From: Synechocystis sp. PCC 6803 substr. PCC-P
Lineage (GTDB): Bacteria; Cyanobacteriota; Cyanobacteriia; Cyanobacteriales; Microcystaceae
Direction of reading: 5' to 3'
DNA length: 32,000 nucleotides
Assembly (NCBI RefSeq): GCF_000284455.1
Contig: NC_017039.1
Coordinates: 300,001 to 332,000, forward strand
Part shown: one piece after another, positions 19,096 to 29,221 of the stretch
Layout: each line of letters starts with the position of its first letter
Numbering within the stretch: the first letter of the stretch is position 1
Position numbers and translations under genes: made by a program
The notes under the pieces: model-generated
Seen by the model: only the letters and a program-made list of their open reading frames with translations
What the model was told of the DNA's origin: nothing
The model's database searches: none

Positions 19096-20529
19096 ATGTT
19101 GGCGTTGATGCTATCCGGTGCAGTGGCCTTAGCCAGTCTAGCTTTTTTCTTTTCGGCATTTTTTGCCCCAAAATTGCATCGCAAGGACGATTTCCTTTGG
19201 AGTGGCGTGGGCTTTTTCTACGGCCTAGTGCTCTGGAACTGTGCCCAACGTTTCACTGGAGCCATTCTCCTTGGCCAAGCAGCCGTGGTGGTGTTGGTGC
19301 TGGCCTTTGCTTGGCAAACTCTGCGACTCCGGGCGGCGATCGCCAGCAATGCCATTGTGGAAGTTCCTAGTTTCTCCCTGCTGGATTGGTTCGCTGGTGG
19401 TTTGCAACGTAAACCTAAAGTTAAAACTCCAGTCGCCGTTGACGATAAAAAGGCTGCAACAAAGGATCAAGACAACACTGAAGTTGAATCCGTAACCGGG
19501 GCCGTTAAACGAGATTTGCCAGAAACAGGGGAGCAACTGAAATCTGTTGATGATTCCGCCCCAGCATCAGTTACAGAAACGGTTACAAGCACTGTTGAAC
19601 AAGTTAGTGAGAGTATTCCAACAGAAGCAGAAAGTGCAATAGAAACAGCAGAAGAAGTAGTGGTGGAATTGAATCAAGCCGCCGAAACCCTGGCCGAAGA
19701 AGTCGTAGAAAAAGCTGAAGAAGCGGTGGAAAAGGTCGCTGAAATGGTTGGCCAAAAGGAAGAAAAGCCAGTTAATCCTGCTCCAGAGAAAGAGGAGGAG
19801 GTTCTGCTCAAAAAACCTAAATCGAAACTGTTTCAACGCTTATTTGGTCGTAAAAAGGCGGCAGTTCCCCCAGTACAGCCCAAAGCATCCCAGCCAGAAA
19901 CGGTGGAGCAGAAAGTAGCCATTGAGCCGGAGAGTTCCACCGCTCAAACCGATGATTGGGATGACGGGGAAGATTGGGGCGAGGATCTACCATCGACGGA
20001 AGATTCTAGTCCTGGTGGGGAAATTTCCGATGAAGTCAGCGAGGATAACCCAGAAAATGATCAGACCAAGGTAATTGCTGTGGTGGAAACGGTGCAAATT
20101 GAACAGCAAATCACCTTAATCGAAGTGCCCGATTCAGAAAATATAACTGCAGAGGAAGCGCCTGCAGCTCCTTTAATCGAGGAGGAGCAAATAGCCCAGG
20201 AGGAAATAGTAGTAGATGAAGTTATTGCTCCAATGTCTGGAACAACGGCGGCGGTAATTGAGGTAACCATGCCAGAACTTGTCGACCCTGAAACCAACAT
20301 TGAGCAAGGGCCAGATTCCAGCGGCGTTGATGAAGTTTATGAAAGGGAAACAGAGACAGAAGAAATTGGAGAAATTACCGAGGCGATCGCCAGTGACCTA
20401 GAAGAGGTTCCAGAGCCAAGGACTGATGTCAACGAAACTACGGTCAATACAGACATTGCAGAGGAAGAAGAGACCCAAAATGAAGGGGAAGAGCCCACCG
20501 AGGAAAAACAAAATTGGGCCGATGGCTAA
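19096..20529 (+). CDS. Ycf66 family membrane protein with a long acidic C-terminal extension
   Basis: N-terminal two-TM module MLALMLSGAVALASLAFFFSAFFAPKLHRKDDFLWSGVGFFYGLVLWNCAQRFTGAILLGQAAVVVLVLAFAWQTLRLR resembles Ycf66. The remainder is Glu/Val/Thr-rich low complexity with a KKPKSKLFQRLFGRKKAA basic patch. Confidence 0.85.
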   Translation: MLALMLSGAVALASLAFFFSAFFAPKLHRKDDFLWSGVGFFYGLVLWNCAQRFTGAILLGQAAVVVLVLAFAWQTLRLRAAIASNAIVEVPSFSLLDWFAGGLQRKPKVKTPVAVDDKKAATKDQDNTEVESVTGAVKRDLPETGEQLKSVDDSAPASVTETVTSTVEQVSESIPTEAESAIETAEEVVVELNQAAETLAEEVVEKAEEAVEKVAEMVGQKEEKPVNPAPEKEEEVLLKKPKSKLFQRLFGRKKAAVPPVQPKASQPETVEQKVAIEPESSTAQTDDWDDGEDWGEDLPSTEDSSPGGEISDEVSEDNPENDQTKVIAVVETVQIEQQITLIEVPDSENITAEEAPAAPLIEEEQIAQEEIVVDEVIAPMSGTTAAVIEVTMPELVDPETNIEQGPDSSGVDEVYERETETEEIGEITEAIASDLEEVPEPRTDVNETTVNTDIAEEEETQNEGEEPTEEKQNWADG

Positions 20530-20581
20530 ACAGTTAACTCTGAAAGGAGATGTCCTATGTTAGGATCGTAAAGCTTCATTG

Positions 20582-20655
20582 CGGGATGTAGCGCAGCTTG
20601 GTAGCGCACTTCGTTCGGGACGAAGGGGCCGCAGGTTCGAATCCTGTCATCCCGA
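20582..20655 (+). tRNA. tRNA-Pro (anticodon CGG)
   Basis: Hand-folded cloverleaf: acceptor CGGGATG/CATCCCG, D-arm GCGC/GCGC, anticodon stem CTTCG-TTCGGGA-CGAAG, T-arm GCAGG TTCGAAT CCTGT (one G-T pair), discriminator A; no encoded CCA. 74 nt. Confidence 0.96.
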
Positions 20656-20784
20656 TTGTTGTACGATGACACACTCTTTGTTGTTATTTTATCAACCTCT
20701 AACAATTACAGTCATCTACGGTTTCCATAGGAATTTTTCCACAATACCCACCTTCAGATCCAAATTAGTATGGCAAGGGTTAGG

Positions 20785-21447
20785 CTAGCGAAAATTTCCC
20801 GTGTCATAAATGCGCTGATTAGTATAAGGCCAAAGGAAAACGTTAAAATTTTTGCCGCCAATTTGTTCTCGATATTTAAATGTGTCTTTTTCGTAGAGAC
20901 TCACCACTGCATTGAGTTGGTTCGCTAAGTTAAGGCATTGCTTAAATGTGGGGGAAGTATAACATTGCACATCAATTTGGTTACAGCCGTAGCGGGGCAC
21001 CAGGTTCTTTTGGAATGGCTGAATGGAGCAAAAAATAAACTTACGATACTGGTTAGCTAAATACTCAAAATCCCTGGAGGAGTAGTTGGCAAAAAAATGG
21101 TCATCCACCTGTAAACCGTCCGTGTGGCGGGCTTCATTAATAATTTGTTCAATGGTGAGGCGGCGGTATTGGGGAGATTGGACCCAGGCAATGGGAATTA
21201 AGTTATGGTTGCGGGCTTGTTGACTAATTTGTTCCTGCACATCGTCCGCTACTCCCCGAAAATCCAAAAATACAAGGCGGTAGCCCTGACTTTGAATATC
21301 CTTCATCACTTGGTCTAGGGCGTTTTGGGAAGCATAGAAACGGATTTGGGGTTGGGATAACCAAGTGCCGTTGGGCACCCCGGCCAGGGCCATACTGGGG
21401 CAAAGTGTGAGAACACCGATGAGTAATTTTTGCAGAATTTTTAACAT
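20785..21447 (-). CDS. Predicted secreted/periplasmic protein of unknown function, possibly (beta/alpha)-barrel glycoside-hydrolase-like
   Basis: Signal peptide MLKILQKLLIGVLTLCPSMALA|GV; alternating strand/helix pattern with DGLQVDDHF resembling the end-of-strand acidic cluster of some family-10-like glycosyl hydrolases. Confidence 0.7.
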   Translation of the reverse strand: MLKILQKLLIGVLTLCPSMALAGVPNGTWLSQPQIRFYASQNALDQVMKDIQSQGYRLVFLDFRGVADDVQEQISQQARNHNLIPIAWVQSPQYRRLTIEQIINEARHTDGLQVDDHFFANYSSRDFEYLANQYRKFIFCSIQPFQKNLVPRYGCNQIDVQCYTSPTFKQCLNLANQLNAVVSLYEKDTFKYREQIGGKNFNVFLWPYTNQRIYDTGNFR

Positions 21448-21698
21448 TGGAGGAGGAGGAGGCGATAAATGGTAGCACCAAAGCTAGGAAGGACCCATGG
21501 AGCTGATTATGGTCAATGTTAGGCTAAGGGAAGGAAATTAACCCTGTTTTACCGCTGACAAGGGCCAAAGTATAAACAGATTTGGCGATCGCCGCTTGAC
21601 CGGGGGAATGGTATCTCTCGCCCACTATTAAAGTTAAAATAGGGTTTTCTGTGGATTAACCACGGACGATTTTCCCGTCGATTACATAGAGAGAGTTA

Positions 21699-23606
21699 AT
21701 GGTAACCACCCCCACCGCTGCCCCCCGTAAACCGTCCAAGGTAGAAGGCATCAAGGAAAGAAGCAATTATTTACGGGAACCCCTGGCCACCGAACTGTTG
21801 AATGATGCTAACTATTTTACGGACGATGCCGTCCAAATTCTGAAATTCCACGGTTCCTACCAACAGGACAATCGGGACAATCGGGTTAAGGGGCAAGAAA
21901 AGGATTATCAGTTTATGCTCCGCACCCGCAATCCGGGGGGATTGATTCCGGCCCAACTCTACACCGCCCTAGATGATCTGTCCAAAACCCACGGTAACCA
22001 AACTCTCCGGGTGACCACCAGACAAGGTTTGCAAATCCACGGCATTGTCAAAAAAGACCTGAAAATGGCGATCGCCACGGTGGTGAATAATTTGGGGTCC
22101 ACGTTGGGAGCCTGTGGCGACATTAACCGTAACGTGATGGCTCCGGCGGCACCCTTCCGAGATAAACCGGAATATGGTTATGCCTGGGACTATGCCAATA
22201 AGGTGGCGGATCTACTCAGCCCCCAGAGCGGTGCCTATTACGAAATTTGGCTCGATGGGGAAAAGGTCATTAGTGGGGAGGAAGCCCCGGAAGTTAAAGC
22301 GGCCCGGCAAAAGGATCTCAATGGCACTAACCTGAATGACCCCAAGGAACCGATTTACGGCCAACAGTTCATGCCCCGGAAATTCAAAATTAGCGTCACC
22401 GTGCCGGGGGACAATTCCATTGACGTTTACACCCACGATATTAGTTTGGTGGTAATCACCGATCGCCATGGGGAGCTACGGGGTTTTAATGTATTGGCTG
22501 GCGGTGGTTTGGGACGTACCCACAATAAAGAGGAAACCTTTGCCCGGGCCGCTGACCCCATTGGTTATGTGAGCAAAGACGATGTCTATGATCTAGTCAA
22601 AGCCATTGTGGCCACCCAACGGGATTACGGCGATCGCCATAACCGTCGCCATGCCCGGATGAAATATTTGTTGGCGGACTGGGGGGTGGAAAAATTCCGC
22701 AAACAAGTGGAAACCTACATGGGTAAACCGTTCCAATCTTTCAAACCTCTGCCAGCCTGGCGTTACCAAGATTACCTCGGTTGGCACGAACAGGGGGATG
22801 GCAAGCTCTTTTTCGGTTTGTCGGTGGAAAATGGCCGCATCAAAGACGAGGGGGATTTTCAGCTTAAAACCGCCCTGCGCAAGGTAGTGGACCAATTCCA
22901 ATTGCCCCTGCGCCTCACCGCCAACCACAATATCCTGCTCTACGACATCAATGCCCAGGATAAAGCGGCGATCGAGCAAATTTTCCAACAGCACGGCGTA
23001 GTCACCGACCCAGAGGCGATCGACACCCTAGTCCGTTACTCCATGGCTTGCCCCGCCCTGCCCACCTGTGGCCTAGCAGTCACCGAGTCGGAAAGAATTA
23101 TGCCCAGTGTTAACGCCCGTCTGCGGGATTTGTTGAACAGTCTGGATTTACCCAATGAAAGTATCGTCACCCGCATGACCGGTTGCCCCAACGGTTGTGC
23201 CCGGCCCTACATGGCGGAAATTGGTTTTGTTGGTAGTGCCCCCAACAGTTACCAAGTGTGGCTGGGGGGAAGTCCGAACCAGGAACGTTTAGCGGCAGCC
23301 TATACGGAAAAAATGCCCCTGGAACAGCTAGAAAGCCTTTTTGAACCTTTATTTGTGTACTTCAAGCAGAGCCGTAAAGGTAAGGAAAGTTTTGGAGACT
23401 TTTGCCATCGAGTGGGCTTCACTGCCCTACGGGAATTTAGCCATGGTTACACAGCACCGGCCAAGGGCGGTAAAAACCGCAAAAACCAACGGCGGGTCAG
23501 CCTGTCCGATGAAATGTATGCCCAGCTTAAGGCCCGGTCTGAGCGGGATAATTGCCCCATGAATCAGATTGTGCAGCAAGCCCTCACCGCTTACCTGGGC
23601 AAATAA
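21699..23606 (+). CDS. sir: Ferredoxin-sulfite reductase (siroheme / 4Fe-4S)
   Basis: [47 protein letters not shown] and [19 protein letters not shown] cluster-binding motifs; 635 aa with an extra basic C-terminal extension. Confidence 0.96.
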
Positions 23607-23804
23607 TTCCTTGCCATAATTTCCCTAAAGTTCCGTCGGCTAAACCGCCCGATCTCCCAAGTTTGGTGGCGCTTTGGTCAATTGGGATCAACTGGACCGA
23701 AGTGCTCCGGAACACTCATATTGGGAGAAAAATTAGGGTCCTGCCAACCAATTCAGCAAAATTTCAACTATCTGTATCTCAGTTCTCCTAGCCTCTTAAT
23801 CAAG

Positions 23805-24731
23805 ATGGATTTTGCCTCCGGTTTACCCATTTTCATTGTCACCCTGCGGGAAGCATTGGAAGCATCCCTCGTGGTGGGCATTGTGTTGGCTTGTCTTGCC
23901 CGGGCCCAGCAAATGCAACTCAAAGGCTGGGTTTATCGGGGCATTAGTGCCGGGGTGGTGGCCAGCGTTTTAGTGGGTTGCCTGCTGGCAGGGGTATTGC
24001 AGGGAGTTGAACGATTGCCGGGGCCCTACACCCCTATTTTAAAAGCCCTTTTGGCCGCTCTCTTGGGGGCGATCGCCGTGGGGATGCTGAGTTGGATGTT
24101 GCTCTGGATGACCAAACAAGCCCGTTCCCTGCGGGGGGAAATCCAGGGGCAAATTAACCAGGCGGTGGAAAAAGAAGGAGGGGGTAAAGCCATTGCCATT
24201 GTGGTTTTCATTGCTGTGGTGCGGGAAGGTTTTGAAATGGTCCTATTCCTAGCAGCCCAACAAAATATGGCCAATCCAGCGGCGATCGGGGCGGCGTTGG
24301 CGGGCATTGGTACAGCGGTAGTGATGGCCTTCTTAATTTTCCGCCTAGGGGTCAAACTGAACTTGAAACTTTTCTTCCAGGTGATGGGCACCCTGTTGCT
24401 GATTATTGTCGGAGGATTGGTGATTGGGGTGCTGAAAAATCTCGATCTGGCGGTCAGTATGATGGGCTTGGCCAATCTGGGCCTGGGTTATCTCTGTTTT
24501 GTCCCCGGTGATTCTTGCTTGCTGGGGCCCCTGTTGTGGAATTTAGCTCCCTGGTTACCAGATAATCAATTTCCCGGCATTGTGCTCAAAACCCTGGCGG
24601 GCTACCGGGATCACCTTTACCTATTCCAGGCGATCGCCTACGGCATTTTTTTAAGTGTCATTGGCAGTCTTTATTTCCGAGGTTTGGCCGGCAAAGGTGA
24701 TGCTCCCCAGGCTGTGGCCCAAAAATCCTAG
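23805..24731 (+). CDS. FTR1/EfeU-type iron permease family protein
   Basis: Track ORF starts at 23682, but the ATG at 23805 (MDFASGLPIFIVTLREALEASLVVGIVLA) matches family N-termini. Two REXXE motifs (REALE, REGFE) in TM helices; about 7 hydrophobic segments. Confidence 0.88.
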   Translation: MDFASGLPIFIVTLREALEASLVVGIVLACLARAQQMQLKGWVYRGISAGVVASVLVGCLLAGVLQGVERLPGPYTPILKALLAALLGAIAVGMLSWMLLWMTKQARSLRGEIQGQINQAVEKEGGGKAIAIVVFIAVVREGFEMVLFLAAQQNMANPAAIGAALAGIGTAVVMAFLIFRLGVKLNLKLFFQVMGTLLLIIVGGLVIGVLKNLDLAVSMMGLANLGLGYLCFVPGDSCLLGPLLWNLAPWLPDNQFPGIVLKTLAGYRDHLYLFQAIAYGIFLSVIGSLYFRGLAGKGDAPQAVAQKS

Positions 24732-24830
24732 GTAGGGGCCAGCGTTGCCCTCAATTTTTACCATTGGTCAAGTCTTTTCCTAACCTCCCTAAAATGGTAG
24801 GGTTTCTTTCCCCCCTTTTCCCGTGCGTAT

Positions 24831-26006
24831 ATGAAACTCATCTGTCGTCAAAGTGATTTAAGCAGTGGTTTATCCCTGGTCAGTCGGGCTGTTTCCTCCC
24901 GACCTACCCATCCCGTGTTGGGCAATGTGCTCCTGGAAGCCGATGCAGACAAAAATTATTTACGCCTAACGGCCTTTGACCTCAGCCTTGGTATCCAGAG
25001 TAGTTTCACCGCCGACGTGCAACAGAGTGGCCGCATCACCCTGCCTGCTAAATTGCTCAATGACATTGTTTCCCGCTTGCCGGACGGAGATATTACCCTG
25101 GCGATCGATCCCGATGGCGATGCTGGGGATAGCCATTTAACCACCATCACCTCAGAATCAGGGCGGTTCCAAATTCGGGGCCTGGATGCGGATGATTTTC
25201 CCGCTCTGCCCACCGTTGAAGGAGTCAAACCATTACTGTTACCAGTGGCAACCCTCAATGAAGGGTTACGGGGGGCCCTGTTCGCCGCCAGTACGGACGA
25301 GACTAAGCAAGTACTGACAGGAGTACATATCAAAGGCAGTGGCGACAGTTTGGAATTTGCGGCCACTGATGGTCACCGACTGGCAGTGGTGGAGGCCCCC
25401 ACCCAGATTGAAAACGATGAAGGGGAAGCGGTGATTACGGGCAGTGACCTGGCAGATTTTGCTGTCACTATTCCGGCCCGGGCTTTGCGGGAATTAGAAA
25501 GAATGGTGGCCAGCCAAGGTAACAGTGATTTAGTTTCCCTGGTGGTGAATGATACCCAGGTAATTTTTGAGTTGGGGGATCAACGGTTAACGAGCCGTAA
25601 GTTAGAGGGGGCCTATCCCGCCTATGACCAGCTTATTCCCCGGCAGTTTAGTCGCACCGTCACCATGGAGCGCAAACGGTTAATCACTTCCTTGGAAAGG
25701 GTTTCTGTGCTGGCCGACCAAAAAAATAACTTGGTCACCTTCACCTTACAAAGCCCCGGTAATCAACTGCAGTTGGCAGTGGAAGCCCAGGATTTGGGAC
25801 ATGGGGAAGAATCCATGGGGGCGGAAATCATTGGCGAAGGGGGGCAAATTGCGTTCAACATCAAATATTTGATGGATGGCCTGAAAGCTTTACCTAGCAA
25901 TGATATTCAAATGCAACTTAATGAGGGCAATCAGCCGGTAATTTTTACTCCCCTGGGAGGCCTGAAAATGACCTATCTAGTCATGCCGGTGCGTCTGGTG
26001 AATTAG
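24831..26006 (+). CDS. dnaN: DNA polymerase III beta sliding clamp
   Basis: MKLICRQSDLSSGLSLVSRAVSSRPTHPVLGNVLLEA, TDGHRLAVVE, C-terminal GGLKMTYLVMPVRL. Confidence 0.97.
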   Translation: MKLICRQSDLSSGLSLVSRAVSSRPTHPVLGNVLLEADADKNYLRLTAFDLSLGIQSSFTADVQQSGRITLPAKLLNDIVSRLPDGDITLAIDPDGDAGDSHLTTITSESGRFQIRGLDADDFPALPTVEGVKPLLLPVATLNEGLRGALFAASTDETKQVLTGVHIKGSGDSLEFAATDGHRLAVVEAPTQIENDEGEAVITGSDLADFAVTIPARALRELERMVASQGNSDLVSLVVNDTQVIFELGDQRLTSRKLEGAYPAYDQLIPRQFSRTVTMERKRLITSLERVSVLADQKNNLVTFTLQSPGNQLQLAVEAQDLGHGEESMGAEIIGEGGQIAFNIKYLMDGLKALPSNDIQMQLNEGNQPVIFTPLGGLKMTYLVMPVRLVN

Positions 26007-26149
26007 GTTGAGCAAATCCTTTGGGGATTGGCCATGGGACTATGGCAAAATATGTGAGGCTCAGAGCAAGGCTTATTGTTGGTTGCTCTGTCCGTTCCAG
26101 GGAGATGATCCCAATCCCACCTTCCTTTTTGTCCTAGCCTAGCCTGCCC

Positions 26150-26944
26150 ATGAACGCTGTTGCCGCTTGTTTTAATGCCCTTCGTCAACGGGGGGAATGT
26201 GCTTTGATTCCTTTCCTCACAGCGGGGGACCCGGATTTAGCCACCACAGCCGAAGCGTTGCGAATTCTAGACCGGGCAGGGGCGGATTTAATTGAGTTGG
26301 GAGTGCCCTATTCCGATCCTTTGGCCGATGGCCCGGTGATTCAAGCGGCGGCCACTAGGGCTTTACAAAAAGGGGTCAAGTTGGATGATGTGCTCGCCAT
26401 TGTCCGAGAAGTTCACCAAGATATTGCCGCCCCGATAATTTTATTTACCTATTACAATCCTATTTTTTATCAGGGTGTGGAGGTTTTCCTCGACAAAATC
26501 AAGGCCGCTGGAGTGAAGGGTTTGGTGGTGCCGGATTTACCCCTGGAGGAATCTGATCGCCTGTTGGAAGCGACAGCGGAAAGGGGGTTGGAGTTAATTT
26601 TGTTGGTGGCCCCCACCAGTTCCCCAGAAAGACAAACGGCGATCGCCAAAAAGTCCCAGGGCTTTGTTTACTTGGTCAGCGTGACAGGGGTGACGGGGGT
26701 GAGAACGGAAGTGGGATCGAGGGTGGAAGCTTTGTTAGCAGGGATGCGCCAGGTCACCGATAAACCGATTGGAGTTGGTTTTGGTATTTCCCAACCGGAA
26801 CAGGCTGAGCAGGTGAAAGCTTGGGGCGCAGATGCAGTAATTGTAGGAAGCGCCATGGTTAAGCGTTTAGCGGAAGGAACCCCGACGGAAGGATTGCAAG
26901 CTTTGGAAACTTTTTGCCGGGAACTGAAAACGGCCATCAGTTAA
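26150..26944 (+). CDS. trpA: Tryptophan synthase alpha subunit
   Basis: [77 protein letters not shown]. Confidence 0.98.
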   Translation: MNAVAACFNALRQRGECALIPFLTAGDPDLATTAEALRILDRAGADLIELGVPYSDPLADGPVIQAAATRALQKGVKLDDVLAIVREVHQDIAAPIILFTYYNPIFYQGVEVFLDKIKAAGVKGLVVPDLPLEESDRLLEATAERGLELILLVAPTSSPERQTAIAKKSQGFVYLVSVTGVTGVRTEVGSRVEALLAGMRQVTDKPIGVGFGISQPEQAEQVKAWGADAVIVGSAMVKRLAEGTPTEGLQALETFCRELKTAIS

Positions 26945-27099
26945 AGAAAGTTAGTACGGTTGGCAAGGCTTAAAAGAAGCATAATTTCGGCAAAATTAAG
27001 GGCGGAAATCCCCATCCCCCAAGGAAATTAGCCCGTTTGGGTGAAGACAGCTTGGGTAGTCTCCCTTTATCGTGAGATCAACTGAGCGAGAGGAGAAAG

Positions 27100-27552
27100 A
27101 TGATGAAAACGATCAAAAGTCCATTAATTGCCCTTGGCCTAATTTTTGCTAGCCCCCTCCTATGGGGAGGAACGGCGATCGCCGAAAACGCAAATCAAGT
27201 TCAACAACTGCTGGAAACCAATGCCTGCATGAACTGTGATTTATCCGGGGCTGACTTGTCCGGAGCCCATCTGATTGGGGCAGATTTGCGTAATGCCAAT
27301 TTATCCGGTACAAACCTCAACGAAGCTAACTTGGAAGGGGCTGATTTGACCGGTGCCAATCTGCAAAATGCCGATCTGCGAGGAGCCATGGTCACCAATG
27401 CCACCCTCAACCGAGCTAATTTGACTTCGGCTAACTTTGCCTTTGCTAAACTCTACGACGTGGATGTGACCGGTGCCACCGTTGAGGGTATGAACATCCA
27501 AAATGCGGAAATTTACAACACGGGCATTGGTATTGGCGGCGGCGACGATTGA
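27100..27552 (+). CDS. Secreted pentapeptide-repeat protein
   Basis: Signal peptide then A(D/N)LXX repeats: DLSGADLSGAHLIGADLRNANLSGTNLNEANLEGADLTGANLQNADLRGAMVTNATLNRANLTSANFAFAKLYDVDVTGATVEG. Confidence 0.93.
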   Translation: MMKTIKSPLIALGLIFASPLLWGGTAIAENANQVQQLLETNACMNCDLSGADLSGAHLIGADLRNANLSGTNLNEANLEGADLTGANLQNADLRGAMVTNATLNRANLTSANFAFAKLYDVDVTGATVEGMNIQNAEIYNTGIGIGGGDD

Positions 27553-27603
27553 TGGCCTTGACTGGAGTTGGGCGAGGAAAAGGCGATCGCCATGGCTCAA
27601 TGG

Positions 27604-27981
27604 TTAACGGCCATGTTCCTGTCTTTCCTGTTCAATTTCCATTCTGATTTCCGATTCCAGTTCTTTACCAAGAAAATAGTTTAAAAAAGTCCTGATTACA
27701 GCGATTAGCCCTAGTTTGCTCAAGCTTTCTAGGGTAGGGGCGATGGTGGTGGAAAGGATATCTGCCCCCAATTGGAATTCCAGGGCTAGAGCCAACCACA
27801 AACCGAATTGCAAGCGAATACTGTTGAAAAATTTGGGCGTATTCATAGTACGGCGATCGCCAGCCCAGACCATTTGCAAAGTTTTCACTAGCCCGAGAAT
27901 AATACACAGCACGGAAACACTTTCCAGCACAAACCTGGTAATGCTGACTAAATTGCCCAGATAATGATCCAAAATTTCCAT
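27604..27981 (-). CDS. DUF1622-like small membrane protein
   Basis: 125 aa, TM segments, RLQFGLWLALALEFQLGADILSTTIAPTLESLSKLGLIAVIRTFLNYFLGKELE pattern typical of DUF1622. Confidence 0.8.
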   Translation of the reverse strand: MEILDHYLGNLVSITRFVLESVSVLCIILGLVKTLQMVWAGDRRTMNTPKFFNSIRLQFGLWLALALEFQLGADILSTTIAPTLESLSKLGLIAVIRTFLNYFLGKELESEIRMEIEQERQEHGR

Positions 27982-28005
27982 AGTTTTATTCCTTTGCCTT
28001 TTAGT

Positions 28006-29181
28006 CTAGTTTTGGTCAAGAAATTGACCGATTTTTTTGGCCGCCGTAGCCAAAATATCCGGCTCCTGTACTAAGGCAAAACGTACATAACCTTCCCCCC
28101 CTGCACCAAAGCCAGACCCTGGAGAAAGGGCAACACCGGTTTTAGCCACCAGTTTTTGACAAAATTCCAAGGAATTGCCAAGCCAACTTTCAGGTAATGG
28201 TGCCCAAACATACATGGTGGCAGTGGGCAGAGGCACAGCCCAGCCAATCTTCGCTAAAGCATCAATCAATGTTGCCCGGCGTTGGGCAAAAATTTGCACG
28301 GTTTGTTGCACAGTTTCCGGTGGACTTTCCAGGGCGGCGATTGCCCCTTGGAGAATGCCTGCGTATTGATTAAAATCCACCACCGCTTTGATTTTTTTCA
28401 GGGCAGAAATTAACTGGATATTACCAATGGCAAAACCAATACGGAAGCCCCCCATATTATAGGATTTGGAAAAGGTAAAAAATTCAATGGCACAGGATTT
28501 TTGTCGGTCTGCTTGCAAAACTGACGGTGGCATTGCTATACCATCAAAAACCAAATCCATGTAGGGAAAATCATGTACTAATACTAAATCATGGTCACGA
28601 CAAAACTGCACCGCCGTTTGAAAAAATTCTAAGCTGGCGATCGCCGTGGTGGGATTGTGGGGATAGCTGAGCACCGTCATTTTGGCCTTGGCTAAAACTG
28701 AGTTGGGAATGGCCGTAAACACTGGCAAAAATTGGTTTTCCGAGCGCAACGCCATGGGATAAATTTCTCCCCCCGCCAGGTACACGCCCCCCATGTGGGA
28801 GGGATAACCAGGGTCCATCAACAGAGCCACATCGCCGGGATTCAACACCGCCAACGGTAAATGGGCTGTGCCTTCCTGGGAACCAATCAGGGGCAGCACT
28901 TCCGTTTCCGCATCCACCGCTAGGCCAAAACGCTTTTCGTACCAAACGGCGATCGCCTGCCGCAATGGTAGGGTTCCCTGGTGCAATAAATAACCATGGG
29001 TGCTGGGATCTTCTAAAGCTTTGGCGATCGTGGCCAGAATGGGGGCAGGAGTAGGTAAATCAGAGGAGCCAAGGGAAAGATCAATAATGGTTTGACCCTG
29101 GGCCCGGGCTTGGGCCTTAGCCAAGTCCATATCAGCAAAAACATTACCACCAAAGGCGTTGAGACGATCAGCAAATTGCAT
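28006..29181 (-). CDS. Class I/II PLP-dependent aminotransferase
   Basis: Lys-containing FSKSYNMGGFRIGFAIGN, SYPHNPTTA, DFPYMDLVFDG, C-terminal EGYVRFALV. Start ATG 29181 (MQFADRL) or 29187. Substrate not determinable here. Confidence 0.9.
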   Translation of the reverse strand: MQFADRLNAFGGNVFADMDLAKAQARAQGQTIIDLSLGSSDLPTPAPILATIAKALEDPSTHGYLLHQGTLPLRQAIAVWYEKRFGLAVDAETEVLPLIGSQEGTAHLPLAVLNPGDVALLMDPGYPSHMGGVYLAGGEIYPMALRSENQFLPVFTAIPNSVLAKAKMTVLSYPHNPTTAIASLEFFQTAVQFCRDHDLVLVHDFPYMDLVFDGIAMPPSVLQADRQKSCAIEFFTFSKSYNMGGFRIGFAIGNIQLISALKKIKAVVDFNQYAGILQGAIAALESPPETVQQTVQIFAQRRATLIDALAKIGWAVPLPTATMYVWAPLPESWLGNSLEFCQKLVAKTGVALSPGSGFGAGGEGYVRFALVQEPDILATAAKKIGQFLDQN

Positions 29182-29221
29182 AAACAAAACTATTTTATTA
29201 GAAACTTTGTAATCGAATTGG

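Noticed and set aside
18894-19184. 96-aa minus-strand ORF between rpmB and the Ycf66-like gene
   Set aside because: It runs across the intergenic gap and into the start of the Ycf66-like gene with no RBS or domain pattern.
20579-20788. 69-aa ORF MRDVAQLGSALRSGRRGRRFESCHPD...
   Set aside because: It is a translation through tRNA-Pro; the AQLGSALRSGRRGRRFESC string is the classic spurious tRNA-derived ORF.
22593-22994. 133-aa minus-strand ORF
   Set aside because: Fully antisense to sir; its codons mirror the strong sense-strand coding signal.
24026-24475. 149-aa minus-strand ORF
   Set aside because: Fully antisense to the FTR1-like permease gene, with low-complexity composition arising from complementing hydrophobic codons.
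24956-25366. 136-aa minus-strand ORF
   Set aside because: Antisense to dnaN, no RBS or motif.
27190-27520. 15-bp periodic sequence as a possible DNA repeat or CRISPR-like array
   Set aside because: The periodicity is the coding signature of pentapeptide repeats; there are no conserved repeat/spacer units.
27201-27600. Two minus-strand ORFs opposite the pentapeptide gene
   Set aside because: Long open antisense frames are expected opposite repetitive A(D/N)LXX codons.
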